NCBI GenBank assembly: GCA_017656135.1
Contig: JACDOJ010000002.1
Coordinates: 65,120-129,119 of the forward strand
Origin: Bacillota bacterium
GTDB lineage: Bacteria > Bacillota > UBA5301
Reading direction: 5' to 3'
DNA length: 64,000 bases
Part shown: positions 1-8,865 of the stretch, piece by piece
Layout of the letters: every line of letters begins with the position of its first letter
How positions within the stretch are numbered: the first letter of the stretch is position 1
The notes under the pieces: model-generated
Seen by the model: only the letters and a program-made list of their open reading frames with translations
What the model was told of the DNA's origin: nothing
Database searches by the model: none
Translations under genes and position numbers: made by a program

Positions 1-617
1 CTGCCCTGGCTTCCAGCTCCCTTCTGCCTGTGCCCGAATGTTTCCTGACTGTCCACCTCTCGGGGGGAACCAGTGAACTTTTGCTGGTTAAAAGGGAGGA
101 AACAGCTGCATCAGGACTGAAAATTGAGATGTTAGGCCAGGCCACAGATTTGAACGCCGGCCAGTTTGTGGACCGGGTGGGGGTGGCTCTGGGTCTGCCC
201 TTTCCAGCCGGCCCGGCTTTAGAGGAATTGGCCCAGGGAGCCCGTGGCGTCCTTCGCCTCAGCACGAGACTGATCGGGCTTAATCCTAGCTTTTCCGGTC
301 CCACTACTCAGGCCCTGCGCCTTATCGAAGAGGGCTGTGACCCCAAAGAGGTTGCTCTGGCCGTTCAGAACGCCATCAGCAAGGTCTTGGAGAAGTGGTT
401 GCTCAAAGCCCAAAAAGTGACCGGGGTCAACCAGGTCCTTTTGAGCGGCGGGGTGACTGCGAATAGATACATTCGCCGGAGATTAGTGGACCGACTGGCC
501 AAACGGGGAACAGGCCTTCGAGCCTACTTTGGCCAGGCGGCCTACAGCGGGGACAATGCCGTGGGCCTCGCTGTCTCCTACTGGTTTCCCAATTTACCCA
601 CAATCAGCGCAGACTAG
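1..617 (+). CDS. TsaD/Kae1-family ASKHA protein, C-terminal part (5' end lies outside the window)
   Basis: The frame is open to the window edge. Motifs 'VHLSGGTSEL', 'LLSGGVTANRYIRRRL' and 'YSGDNAVGLAVSYW' match the TsaD/Kae1 C-terminal core. Confidence 0.5.
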   Translation, partial: ALASSSLLPVPECFLTVHLSGGTSELLLVKREETAASGLKIEMLGQATDLNAGQFVDRVGVALGLPFPAGPALEELAQGARGVLRLSTRLIGLNPSFSGPTTQALRLIEEGCDPKEVALAVQNAISKVLEKWLLKAQKVTGVNQVLLSGGVTANRYIRRRLVDRLAKRGTGLRAYFGQAAYSGDNAVGLAVSYWFPNLPTISAD

Positions 618-625
618 GAGTTGTC

Positions 626-1990
626 ATGGAAAACTTCGACCAGAAGATATACACTGTGCTGGAAGTCAACCGGTTGATTAAGCGGGAGTTAGAGGCCTCC
701 CCCTTATTCCGCAGCCTCCTTGTCCGGGGCGAGATCGCCGGTAAAGTGACCCTGTCCCAGAGGGGCCACCTCTATTTTGACCTCAAAGATGAGGCCAGCC
801 AGATTCCGTGTGTGATGTTCAGTTCCTACCTGCAGAATTATGAGTTCGGTACCTTGGAACACGGGATGAAAGTGATCTGCTCGGGCTCAATCACGGTTTA
901 TCCCCAAGGGGGGAAGTACCAGCTCAGGGTGGAGGAGGTCTTTCCCGAGGGGTTAGGTCGGCTGTACTTAGCTGCGGAGGAACTGAAGAAGCGGCTGAAG
1001 GAGGAAGGCCTGCTGGACCCGGAGCGAAAACGCCCTCTCCCCAAACATCCCAAGCGTATTGGGGTGGTGACCAGTCCTGTGGGGGCGGCCATCAGGGATA
1101 TCGTCACGGTAGCCCGCCGACGCTACCCCAATATTGAGATTTTGCTTTCGCCCAGCCTGGTTCAGGGAGCCAAAGCCCCGGCCAGTTTGGTTGCGGCCCT
1201 TAAGAATCTGTACACCCAGTCTGATATTGATGTGATTATTATTGGCCGGGGTGGGGGATCCTTTGAAGAGCTGAACGCCTTCAACCACGAGGATGTGGTC
1301 AGGACCATCGCAGCCTCTCCGGTTCCGGTGGTTTCCGCTGTTGGGCACGAGACCGATTACACCATTGCCGACCTGGTGGCTGACCAGCGGGCACCGACCC
1401 CCTCGGCCGCGGCGGAACTGGTGGTACCCGAGAAGGATCAACTCTGTTCCCGCCTGAATGAGCTGGTTCAGAAGGCCTGTAGGGCTATGGGGCGGCGCTT
1501 GGAGCTCTCCCGGCGGGAGCTGGCCAGGCTCACCTCCAACCGGTACCTGGCCCATCCCCGCCTGCTCATCGAAGATGCCGTCCAAAAACACGATGAATTG
1601 GAGATCCGCCTTTTGCGCTATGGACCGGCTGCGGTGATCAAGTGCCGGCCGGAGTTAACTCAGGTTATGCACAGACTGCAGGTGATCATAAGGGCGTTGA
1701 TTAGGGAATCCCGGAGTCTAGTTGAACACACCAGCAAAGACCTGCAGAAAATTGCCTGCCAGCTGCTTAAGGGACTACGCACCCAGTTCCAGGGTGCCGC
1801 GGGCAAACTGCAGGCTTACAGCCCATTAAAGACTCTGGCCAGGGGATACAGCGTCTGTCAGGATCCGGTCACGGGTAAGGTGATTACAGCTGCAGGTCAA
1901 GTTAGCCGCGACCAGGAGCTGATAGTGAAGCTGGCTTCCGGCAGTCTGGATGTGACTGTGCGAGAAACCTACGGGGAGGAAACAACGTGA
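626..1990 (+). CDS. xseA: exodeoxyribonuclease VII large subunit
   Basis: 454 aa with an OB-fold N-terminus. It is followed by an overlapping small subunit gene. Confidence 0.85.
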   Translation: MENFDQKIYTVLEVNRLIKRELEASPLFRSLLVRGEIAGKVTLSQRGHLYFDLKDEASQIPCVMFSSYLQNYEFGTLEHGMKVICSGSITVYPQGGKYQLRVEEVFPEGLGRLYLAAEELKKRLKEEGLLDPERKRPLPKHPKRIGVVTSPVGAAIRDIVTVARRRYPNIEILLSPSLVQGAKAPASLVAALKNLYTQSDIDVIIIGRGGGSFEELNAFNHEDVVRTIAASPVPVVSAVGHETDYTIADLVADQRAPTPSAAAELVVPEKDQLCSRLNELVQKACRAMGRRLELSRRELARLTSNRYLAHPRLLIEDAVQKHDELEIRLLRYGPAAVIKCRPELTQVMHRLQVIIRALIRESRSLVEHTSKDLQKIACQLLKGLRTQFQGAAGKLQAYSPLKTLARGYSVCQDPVTGKVITAAGQVSRDQELIVKLASGSLDVTVRETYGEETT

Positions 1991-2274
1991 AGGAAAAAGA
2001 TTTTAGCCAACTATCCTATGAAGAAGCCTTCTCTAGATTGGAAAGAATAGTTGAAGCCCTGGAAAGAGGAGATCAGGGTCTGGATGAATCCTTGAAACTC
2101 TTTGAAGAGGGCATTCAGTTGAGCTCGATCTGTAATAAGCGTCTCAATGAGGCCGAAGCCCGCCTGGAGAAGCTGGTGCAAGATGCCAGCGGCCATTTAA
2201 GGCGGGAAGAGTTTACGGTCCAACCTGAGGAGCAGGCGGGGGAGGAAAACTTTCAAGATGACCTCCCCTTTTAG
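1987..2274 (+). CDS. xseB: exodeoxyribonuclease VII small subunit
   Basis: 95 aa helical protein with 'LSYEEAFSRLERIVEALE'. It overlaps the xseA stop by 4 nt. Confidence 0.85.
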   Translation: MKEKDFSQLSYEEAFSRLERIVEALERGDQGLDESLKLFEEGIQLSSICNKRLNEAEARLEKLVQDASGHLRREEFTVQPEEQAGEENFQDDLPF

Positions 2275-3133
2275 AGAATACAGCGAGCTGGTAGAGAAGG
2301 CCCTGGAAAGACTCTTGCCGGCAGAAAGTCTTCCCCCTGCCCAGCTTCACAGGGCCATGCGCTACACTTCGCTGGGTGGCGGGAAACGGCTCCGGGGTAT
2401 GCTGGTTTTGGCTGGGGCAGAAGCTATTGGTGGGGACCGGGAGCAGGTCTTGCCGGCGGCGGCAGCGGTGGAGTTGGTACATGCCTACTCTCTGATCCAT
2501 GATGACCTGCCGTGCATGGACGATGATGACTTGCGTCGGGGGAAACCCGCCAATCACGTGGTCTTCGGTGAAGCCGTAGCTCTCCTGGCCGGTGACGCCC
2601 TCCTCGCCGAGGCCTTCAAGATCTTGGCCGACCTGGATAGGGTCTATCCAAGTGAAAGGGTATTGGCGGCCATTAAGAGTCTGGCCAGGGCCTGCAGTTC
2701 CCAGGGGATGGTCGGCGGCCAAGCGGAAGACTTGGCCAACACCGGCGATTTGACCCTAGCTGAGTTGGACTGGATCAATGACCGCAAGACCGGGGTTCTG
2801 ATCGTGACCTCTCTGGTTATTGGGGCTCAACTGGCTGGAGGGGGCGGGGCTGAACTTGCAGCCCTCTCCACCTACGGAACCAAAGCCGGCCGGGCCTTTC
2901 AGATCATCGATGATATCTTAGATGAAGTTGGGGATCCGGAGGTTACCGGCAAACCCAGCGGCAGTGACCGGGCCTCTGGTAAGCGGACCTATCCGGGGCT
3001 TTTAGGCATCGAAGGCGCCCGGGCAAAAGCCGCCCAGTTAATTGAGGAGGCCAAGGCGGCCTTGGCTGAACTTCCGGGAGAGACAGGCTTTTTGGTTGAT
3101 CTTGCCGATTACATTTTAGCCAGGGACCGGTAA
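2258..3133 (+). CDS. ispA: farnesyl/geranyl diphosphate synthase (polyprenyl synthetase)
   Basis: The first DDxxD motif is 'LIHDDLPCMDDDDLRRGKP' and the second is 'FQIIDDILD'. Confidence 0.9.
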   Translation: MTSPFREYSELVEKALERLLPAESLPPAQLHRAMRYTSLGGGKRLRGMLVLAGAEAIGGDREQVLPAAAAVELVHAYSLIHDDLPCMDDDDLRRGKPANHVVFGEAVALLAGDALLAEAFKILADLDRVYPSERVLAAIKSLARACSSQGMVGGQAEDLANTGDLTLAELDWINDRKTGVLIVTSLVIGAQLAGGGGAELAALSTYGTKAGRAFQIIDDILDEVGDPEVTGKPSGSDRASGKRTYPGLLGIEGARAKAAQLIEEAKAALAELPGETGFLVDLADYILARDR

Positions 3134-3139
3134 AGAAGG

Positions 3140-3598
3140 TTGGAGGAGAATGTGGGTTTTTTTCACTTGTTGTTCGTGGAAAACCGGGTTTTTAAAGCGG
3201 CTTTAATCGCATGGCTCTTGGCCCAGGGTTTAAAGGGGATCTTCGTTTTCATCAAGAACAAACGTTTCAACTTCGAGCGCTTCGTCGGCCCAGGGGGTAT
3301 GCCCAGCTCTCATTCGGCCTTTGTTTCCTCGATCATCGTGGGGATTGGGCTCTCTGAGGGTTGGGACCAACCCATCACCGCTCTGGCCATAGTCTTCGGC
3401 CTGATTGTGATGTACGATGCCGCGGGGGTGCGGTATAACGCCGGCAAGCAGGCGGAGATCCTCAATAAAATCGTCGATGATATTTACCACGGTGGAAAAG
3501 TCCGGGAAGATCGCCTTAAGGAACTCCTGGGGCACACTCCGGTGGAGGTCTTTGCCGGAGCCCTTTTAGGGGCCGTGGTCTCTCTCTTGCTGGTTTAA
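3140..3598 (+). CDS. divergent PAP2-family (DUF212) membrane phosphatase-like protein
   Basis: 152 aa membrane protein with 'YNAGKQAEILN' and 'GMPSSHSA' motifs typical of DUF212/acid-phosphatase-like proteins. Confidence 0.6.
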   Translation: MEENVGFFHLLFVENRVFKAALIAWLLAQGLKGIFVFIKNKRFNFERFVGPGGMPSSHSAFVSSIIVGIGLSEGWDQPITALAIVFGLIVMYDAAGVRYNAGKQAEILNKIVDDIYHGGKVREDRLKELLGHTPVEVFAGALLGAVVSLLLV

Positions 3599-3614
3599 GC
3601 GGCGTATGTTATAA
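3586..3614 (+). promoter_or_regulatory. sigma-A-type promoter for OLE RNA (TTGCTG-17-TATAAT, extended TG)
   Basis: The -35 'ttgctg' lies at the end of the DUF212 gene. A 17-nt spacer separates it from 'tgttataat'. Confidence 0.45.
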
Positions 3615-3620
3615 TACCTA

Positions 3621-4240
3621 GCGAAATACTAGTCAAGGTGGCGCAGTATTCTAGTCAAAGCACAATTGCTTGAAGACGGGCCTAAAGATCCGTCAAAGGG
3701 CACATCGATGAAGTCCCTGGTGTTGGCTTTGGACGCCCAGTCCGGGGTTGATGCTGGGGGTTAAGGTATCGGGGCGATCCGTAAAGGCATACGGGCGTTG
3801 ACCCTGGTACCGCGGAGACCTAAGTGCGTGGGAAACCTGAGAGGGCCAACTACGGCTTAGGAAGAACCTGCACGCGATGCGAACCGTACATAGGATAGTG
3901 TTGGGTGCAGTGTAGCCTGCCTTGAGCGATGCTGGTGGGGAGCAGGTTCAAGTCTTTGCTGAAGGCCTAAGGCAAGGACCTTCCGCTGCTTGAAACCTTC
4001 ATCGCAAAAGAGGCTAGAGCAATTGGTGCTTTGTCGAGGAAATCTCCTAGACTGTTCCTACCGGAGGCTATGTGGGGATTGTAGTGTGGACTAAGTGGTA
4101 ATTCAGCCTGGCAGATGGTGACACTGCCATGCAGTTTTTAATGGGAAACCACCAGATCGGCGACGACTGGCAAACTGTAGGGAAATACCTGCTGGACCTA
4201 AGCCACAATCTTTACTCACATAGCTGCCACCTGACGCAGG
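3621..4240 (+). ncRNA. ole: OLE (ornate, large, extremophilic) RNA
   Basis: This roughly 620-nt GC-rich region has no ORF of 60 aa or more in any frame. It sits in the conserved xseA-xseB-ispA-[OLE]-oapA-dxs-tlyA-nadK-argR-recN context of OLE-carrying anaerobic Firmicutes, has a strong upstream promoter and many short complementary segments. The ends are approximate. Confidence 0.6.
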
Positions 4241-4249
4241 AGACAAGTA

Positions 4250-4786
4250 ATGTTAAGAAGTTTCTTAACTTTAGGTTTTTGGTCCGGATTATTTGCTCTT
4301 TTCTTTAACATCATTTCTCAAACACTGCTCACACAGGTCGGCTTGGTGCCGGCTTTTATCTTATTGCTTGCTGTCGTTGCTTTCGGTATCTTTTTTGACC
4401 TCATCGGAACCGCTGCTGCAGCTGCCGACGAAAAACCCTTTCATTCCATGGCCGCAGCCCGGGTCAAAGGCGCCAGGACCGCTGTTTGGCTGGTGCGAAA
4501 TGCCGATAGGGTCACCACGGTCTGCAATGACTTAATCGGCGATATTAGTGGAACTCTAAGTGGTGCCATGGCGGCAGCCATCGTTTACCGCATCCTCCTC
4601 ATCAGACCTGGATTGTCCGAGACAGTCCTCTCCACGCTGATGGTGACTGTGGTTGCGGCTCTGACGGTAGGAGGCAAAGCCGCCTGGAAGAAAGTTGCCC
4701 TCACCTATTCCGAACAGATTATTTACCGGGTTGCGAGGGTTATCAGATTCCTATATCGAAGAGAATTAGCCAGAAAAAAACGATGA
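4250..4786 (+). CDS. oapA: OLE-associated protein A (small four-helix membrane protein)
   Basis: 178 aa with four predicted transmembrane helices and a basic C-terminus, lying between the OLE region and dxs as in characterised OLE loci. Confidence 0.6.
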   Translation: MLRSFLTLGFWSGLFALFFNIISQTLLTQVGLVPAFILLLAVVAFGIFFDLIGTAAAAADEKPFHSMAAARVKGARTAVWLVRNADRVTTVCNDLIGDISGTLSGAMAAAIVYRILLIRPGLSETVLSTLMVTVVAALTVGGKAAWKKVALTYSEQIIYRVARVIRFLYRRELARKKR

Positions 4787-4802
4787 AACGGAGGCAGTTA
4801 CA

Positions 4803-6692
4803 GTGGCCCAGTGGTTAGAGAAGATCAAGTCTCCTGCGGACCTGCGTGGGCTCAGCAGGGACGAGCTTTACGCCTTGGCAGCTGAAATCCGCCGGGAGAT
4901 CATTAAGACTACCTCCCAGACCGGCGGCCACCTGGCCCCGAGTTTAGGCGTGGTGGAGCTGACCATCGCCTTACACTGCTGTTACAACAGCCCTAAAGAC
5001 AAAATAATCTGGGACGTGGGTCACCAGGCCTATGCGCATAAACTTCTGACCGGAAGATACGATCGTTTTTCCACCTTACGCCAGTTGGGGGGGATTAGTG
5101 GTTTCCCCAAGCGGGAAGAAAGCCCCCATGATCCCTTCGGCACTGGGCACAGCTCCACCAGCATTTCTGCAGCCCTAGGCTTCGCTGAGGCCCGGGACAT
5201 GGCCGGAGAAGATTATGAGGTGGTGGCGGTCATTGGCGATGGCGCCATGACAGGCGGAATGGCCTTTGAGGCCTTGAACCACGCCGGCCACTTAGGCACA
5301 AAGCTGACCGTTATTCTCAATGACAACGAGATGTCCATCGCTCCCAATGTGGGAGCCTTGTCCAATTATTTGACCCGGCTGCGCACTGATCCCACCTTCC
5401 GCCGGGCCAAGAACGACCTGGAGTACGTGCTCCGCCGAATACCGGCCATCGGTGAGACTGTAGTCAAGGCGGCTCAGCGTCTCAAAGATAGTCTGAAGTA
5501 CTTGCTGGTTCCCGGGATGCTCTTTGAGGAGTTGGGTTTCAAGTACTACGGTCCCATTGACGGTCACAACATCGATCTACTCATCAACACCCTTAATGAG
5601 GTGAAAACTAGACAGGATCCGGTTTTGGTGCACGTCCTCACCGAGAAGGGTCGGGGCTACAGACCGGCTGAGACCGATGCCTCCGCCTTTCATGGATTGG
5701 GACCCTTTGACATCAGAACCGGAAAGAAACACAAGAACAACGAGAAACCTCGGTTCACCCAGGCTTTCAGTCGGGCTTTGGTGGAACTGGCCAAAGAGGA
5801 CGAGCGTATTGTGGCCATAACGGCAGCTATGCCGTCGGGAACTGGGCTTGAGGAGTTTGCCCGCCTCTTTCCGGGCCGTTTCTACGATGTGGGCATAGCG
5901 GAACAGCACGCCACCACCTTTGCTGCCGGTTTGGCCGCTGGGGGCTTCAAGCCCGTCTTCGCCGTTTACTCCACTTTTTTACAGCGCGGTTACGATCAGG
6001 TCGTCCACGACATCTGCCTCCAGAACCTGCCGGTGGTTTTGGCTGTGGACCGGGGCGGGCTGGTAGGCGAGGATGGTCCGACTCACCACGGGGCTTTTGA
6101 TCTGAGTTTCTTGCGTTCCATACCTAACTTGGTTCTGATGGCTCCCAAAGACGGCCGGGAGCTTCGGGGTATGCTGCGGGCTGCCTTCCGGCACCAGGGC
6201 CCGGTTGCCCTGCGCTATCCCCGGGCTAACTGCCCGGACACCTTGGAGGATGAGAGCTGGCCCAGAATTGAGATTGGCAAGGGAGAAGTTCTAGCGGATG
6301 GTTCCGACTTGACCCTGATTGCAGTAGGTTCCATGGTACAGGTGGCCGAGGAAGTTGCCGCCCGCCTGAAGCCCCAAGGCATTGAAGCGGCTGTACTCAA
6401 TGCCCGCTTTGTCAAACCTCTGGATCAGGACCTTATACTACGCTACGCCGCCAAGTCCGGCAAGGTGGTTACCCTGGAAGAAAGCGCCGTGCAAGGAGGT
6501 TTCGGCTCGGCGGTCTTAGAGCTGTTAGCCAACGCCGGGCTCACCTGCCCTACCCTCACCCTGGGGATACCTGACAACTTCATCCCTCACGGCAGCCGCC
6601 AAGAGCTCTTGGAGCTAGTGGGGCTGACTCCAGAGAGAGTGCTGGAGACGGTGACCAGCTGGCTAGGTCACCGCTGGGTGAGCCATGGCTAA
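4803..6692 (+). CDS. dxs: 1-deoxy-D-xylulose-5-phosphate synthase
   Basis: 629 aa with the thiamine-diphosphate motif 'GDGAMTGG' and a transketolase-like C-terminus. It starts with GTG. Confidence 0.9.
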   Translation: MAQWLEKIKSPADLRGLSRDELYALAAEIRREIIKTTSQTGGHLAPSLGVVELTIALHCCYNSPKDKIIWDVGHQAYAHKLLTGRYDRFSTLRQLGGISGFPKREESPHDPFGTGHSSTSISAALGFAEARDMAGEDYEVVAVIGDGAMTGGMAFEALNHAGHLGTKLTVILNDNEMSIAPNVGALSNYLTRLRTDPTFRRAKNDLEYVLRRIPAIGETVVKAAQRLKDSLKYLLVPGMLFEELGFKYYGPIDGHNIDLLINTLNEVKTRQDPVLVHVLTEKGRGYRPAETDASAFHGLGPFDIRTGKKHKNNEKPRFTQAFSRALVELAKEDERIVAITAAMPSGTGLEEFARLFPGRFYDVGIAEQHATTFAAGLAAGGFKPVFAVYSTFLQRGYDQVVHDICLQNLPVVLAVDRGGLVGEDGPTHHGAFDLSFLRSIPNLVLMAPKDGRELRGMLRAAFRHQGPVALRYPRANCPDTLEDESWPRIEIGKGEVLADGSDLTLIAVGSMVQVAEEVAARLKPQGIEAAVLNARFVKPLDQDLILRYAAKSGKVVTLEESAVQGGFGSAVLELLANAGLTCPTLTLGIPDNFIPHGSRQELLELVGLTPERVLETVTSWLGHRWVSHG

Positions 6693-7497
6693 ACAACGGT
6701 TAGATGTGCTCTTGGTGGAACGGGGCTTTTTTGAGAGCCGGGAGAAGGCCCAGGCAGCAATCATGGCCGGGGGAGTGCTGGTCAATGGAAAGGTGCACAC
6801 AAAACCTGGCACCAAATTTCTCCCCTCTGAAACCGAAGTTGAGGTCGTCTCAGATCCTCTGCCTTATGTGAGCCGGGGCGGGTTAAAACTGGAAAAGGCC
6901 ATCAAAGTCTTCGGGATAGACCCCACCGGCAAGCACTGCCTGGATGTAGGGGCTTCCACCGGGGGGTTTACCGACTGCCTCCTGCAGCACGGGGCGGAGA
7001 AGGTCGTAGCTGTGGATGTTGGTTATGGGCAGCTGGCCTGGTCCCTGCGGCAGGACCCACGGGTCATTGTTATGGAGAAGACCAATATCAGGCACCTCCG
7101 CCTGGAGGACCTGCCCTTCGTCCCCGATGTGATTACGGTGGACACCTCCTTCATCTCCGTAACTAAGTTTTTGCACCTCTTGTACGAGTTTTTGCAGCCC
7201 GAAGGGGAATTGGTTTCTTTGATCAAGCCCCAGTTTGAGGCGGGCCCCCACCAGGTCGGCAAGGGAGGCATTGTCCGGGATCCTGGGGTCCAAAAAGAGG
7301 TTTTGGCCTCTGTTTTGGATCATGCCGAAGTGCTTGGTTTCAGCCTCAAGGGGCTGACCTTCTCACCGGTGAAGGGCACTAAGGGGAACGTCGAGTTTTT
7401 GGCCTACTTCACCAAATCAGATAAACCGGAGGCCCTTGACGCCCCCAAGACAGAACTAATTGAAAGGGTAGTCAAAGAGGCCCAGCAAGAGCTGTAG
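6685..7497 (+). CDS. tlyA: TlyA-family rRNA 2'-O-methyltransferase (hemolysin A-like)
   Basis: S4 domain 'RLDVLLVERGFFESREKAQAAIMAGGVLVNG' followed by a FtsJ-like methyltransferase domain 'LDVGASTGGFTDCLL'. Confidence 0.85.
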   Translation: MAKQRLDVLLVERGFFESREKAQAAIMAGGVLVNGKVHTKPGTKFLPSETEVEVVSDPLPYVSRGGLKLEKAIKVFGIDPTGKHCLDVGASTGGFTDCLLQHGAEKVVAVDVGYGQLAWSLRQDPRVIVMEKTNIRHLRLEDLPFVPDVITVDTSFISVTKFLHLLYEFLQPEGELVSLIKPQFEAGPHQVGKGGIVRDPGVQKEVLASVLDHAEVLGFSLKGLTFSPVKGTKGNVEFLAYFTKSDKPEALDAPKTELIERVVKEAQQEL

Positions 7498-7516
7498 GAG
7501 GTTACTTACCATAAGC

Positions 7517-8413
7517 GTGACATGGGCAGTATATATTAACCAATCGAAAGAGCGGGCTTTGGATACCGCCCGTCAGCTGCAAGAGTTTTGCAAAAAGCTG
7601 GGCTACCAAACGGTGACTCCACAAAAAGAGCTGGCCAAGAAGCTGAACTTCTCTCTGGAGGAGCCTGGTAGACCTCCCCAGTGCGCTGTGGTCATCGGAG
7701 GCGACGGGACGCTGTTAGGTGCAGCTCGGCACTATGCTCCCCTGGGGGTTCCGATCTTAGGTGTTAACCTGGGACACTTAGGTTTTTTGACCGAAGTGGA
7801 GGTCTCTAGCTTTGCCGAGGCCCTCCACCGGGTGGTCAAAGGGGAGTACACTCTCGACGAACGGAGGATGCTCTCGGTTAACCTCTGCCGGGATGGGCAA
7901 ACCATCGGGACCTACCTGGCTCTCAACGATATGGTTGTGACCAGAGGGACCTTTGCCCGGATCATCACTATTGATGTTTTAATTTCCGGGCATAAAGCCG
8001 ATCGCTACCGTGCCGACGGTATCATCGTGGCCTCTCCTACAGGTTCCACCGCCTATTCCTTGGCTGCCGGCGGCCCGGTTGTAGACCCCAAAGCTGAGGT
8101 CCTGGTGATTACCCCCATCTGTCCTCACAGCCTGCGAGGTCGGGTCATGGTCGTCCCGGATCAGGAACAGGTAGAGATAAAGGTGATTCACGGCGGCGGT
8201 GAGATCATGCTCACCGTGGATGGGCAGGTCGGTTGTCCCCTAAAGCCCGGGGATGTGGTGGAAGTGGTCCGCTCAAAGCACACCACCAAATTGATCCGCC
8301 TCGCCCAGCGCTATTTTTATGATCTCTTCCGCTCACGGATTGGCGGCAAGTGTGAGGAGGATGAAGGTGAAGGCGAAGCGTCACAGGCTAATTCTGGAAC
8401 TGGTGGAAAATGA
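7517..8413 (+). CDS. nadK: NAD+ kinase
   Basis: 'GGDGTLL' and 'NDMVV' motifs. The C-terminal acidic tail overlaps the argR start. Confidence 0.85.
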   Translation: MTWAVYINQSKERALDTARQLQEFCKKLGYQTVTPQKELAKKLNFSLEEPGRPPQCAVVIGGDGTLLGAARHYAPLGVPILGVNLGHLGFLTEVEVSSFAEALHRVVKGEYTLDERRMLSVNLCRDGQTIGTYLALNDMVVTRGTFARIITIDVLISGHKADRYRADGIIVASPTGSTAYSLAAGGPVVDPKAEVLVITPICPHSLRGRVMVVPDQEQVEIKVIHGGGEIMLTVDGQVGCPLKPGDVVEVVRSKHTTKLIRLAQRYFYDLFRSRIGGKCEEDEGEGEASQANSGTGGK

Positions 8414-8861
8414 GGTCATCGAGACTCAGGAACAACTCACCAAACGGCTGGCTGAGGAAGGAGTCGAGGTGACCCAAGCTACCGTCTCTCGGGATATCAA
8501 AGACCTGGGTTTGGTTAAGTTGTTCACTCCTGACGGAAGGTACAAGTACGGGCTTCCCTCAGCGGAGCAGGTTACCGGTGATGCGCTGCAGCGGGCCACC
8601 CGGATTTTTCAGGAGTTTGTCACCTCTGTGGAGCGTAGCTTCAACCTGGTTATTGTCAGATCGGCTCCGGGTACAGCCAACACGGTGGCAGCTGCCCTGG
8701 ATGCACTGGCCTGGCCGGAGATAGCCGGCACGGTAGCTGGTGATGACAGTGTGCTGGTCATCAGCCGGGACGGTCGTGAGGGGAGCGAGCGGACTGAGAT
8801 CAGCAGGATGGAGGAAATTACCAGAAGGCTTGAGGAAAAATTGAACCAGCTGCGAGGGTAA
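8361..8861 (+). CDS. argR: arginine repressor
   Basis: 'MKVKAKRHRLILELVENEVIETQEQL...VTQATVSRDIKDLGLVK' matches the AhrC/ArgR winged-helix N-terminus. The start was chosen internal to the track ORF. Confidence 0.85.
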   Translation: MKVKAKRHRLILELVENEVIETQEQLTKRLAEEGVEVTQATVSRDIKDLGLVKLFTPDGRYKYGLPSAEQVTGDALQRATRIFQEFVTSVERSFNLVIVRSAPGTANTVAAALDALAWPEIAGTVAGDDSVLVISRDGREGSERTEISRMEEITRRLEEKLNQLRG

Positions 8862-8865
8862 GAGC

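Noticed and set aside
3600-4250. Possibility that the 650-nt gap is a decayed protein gene or an IS remnant
   Set aside because: There are no long ORF fragments in any frame and no terminal inverted repeats or transposase similarity. Conserved synteny and a strong promoter favour a structured RNA (OLE).
4293-4535. 80-aa alternative-frame ORF overlapping oapA
   Set aside because: It lies in the same orientation but a different frame inside a better-supported membrane-protein ORF, and its product is Ser/Leu/Pro-rich.
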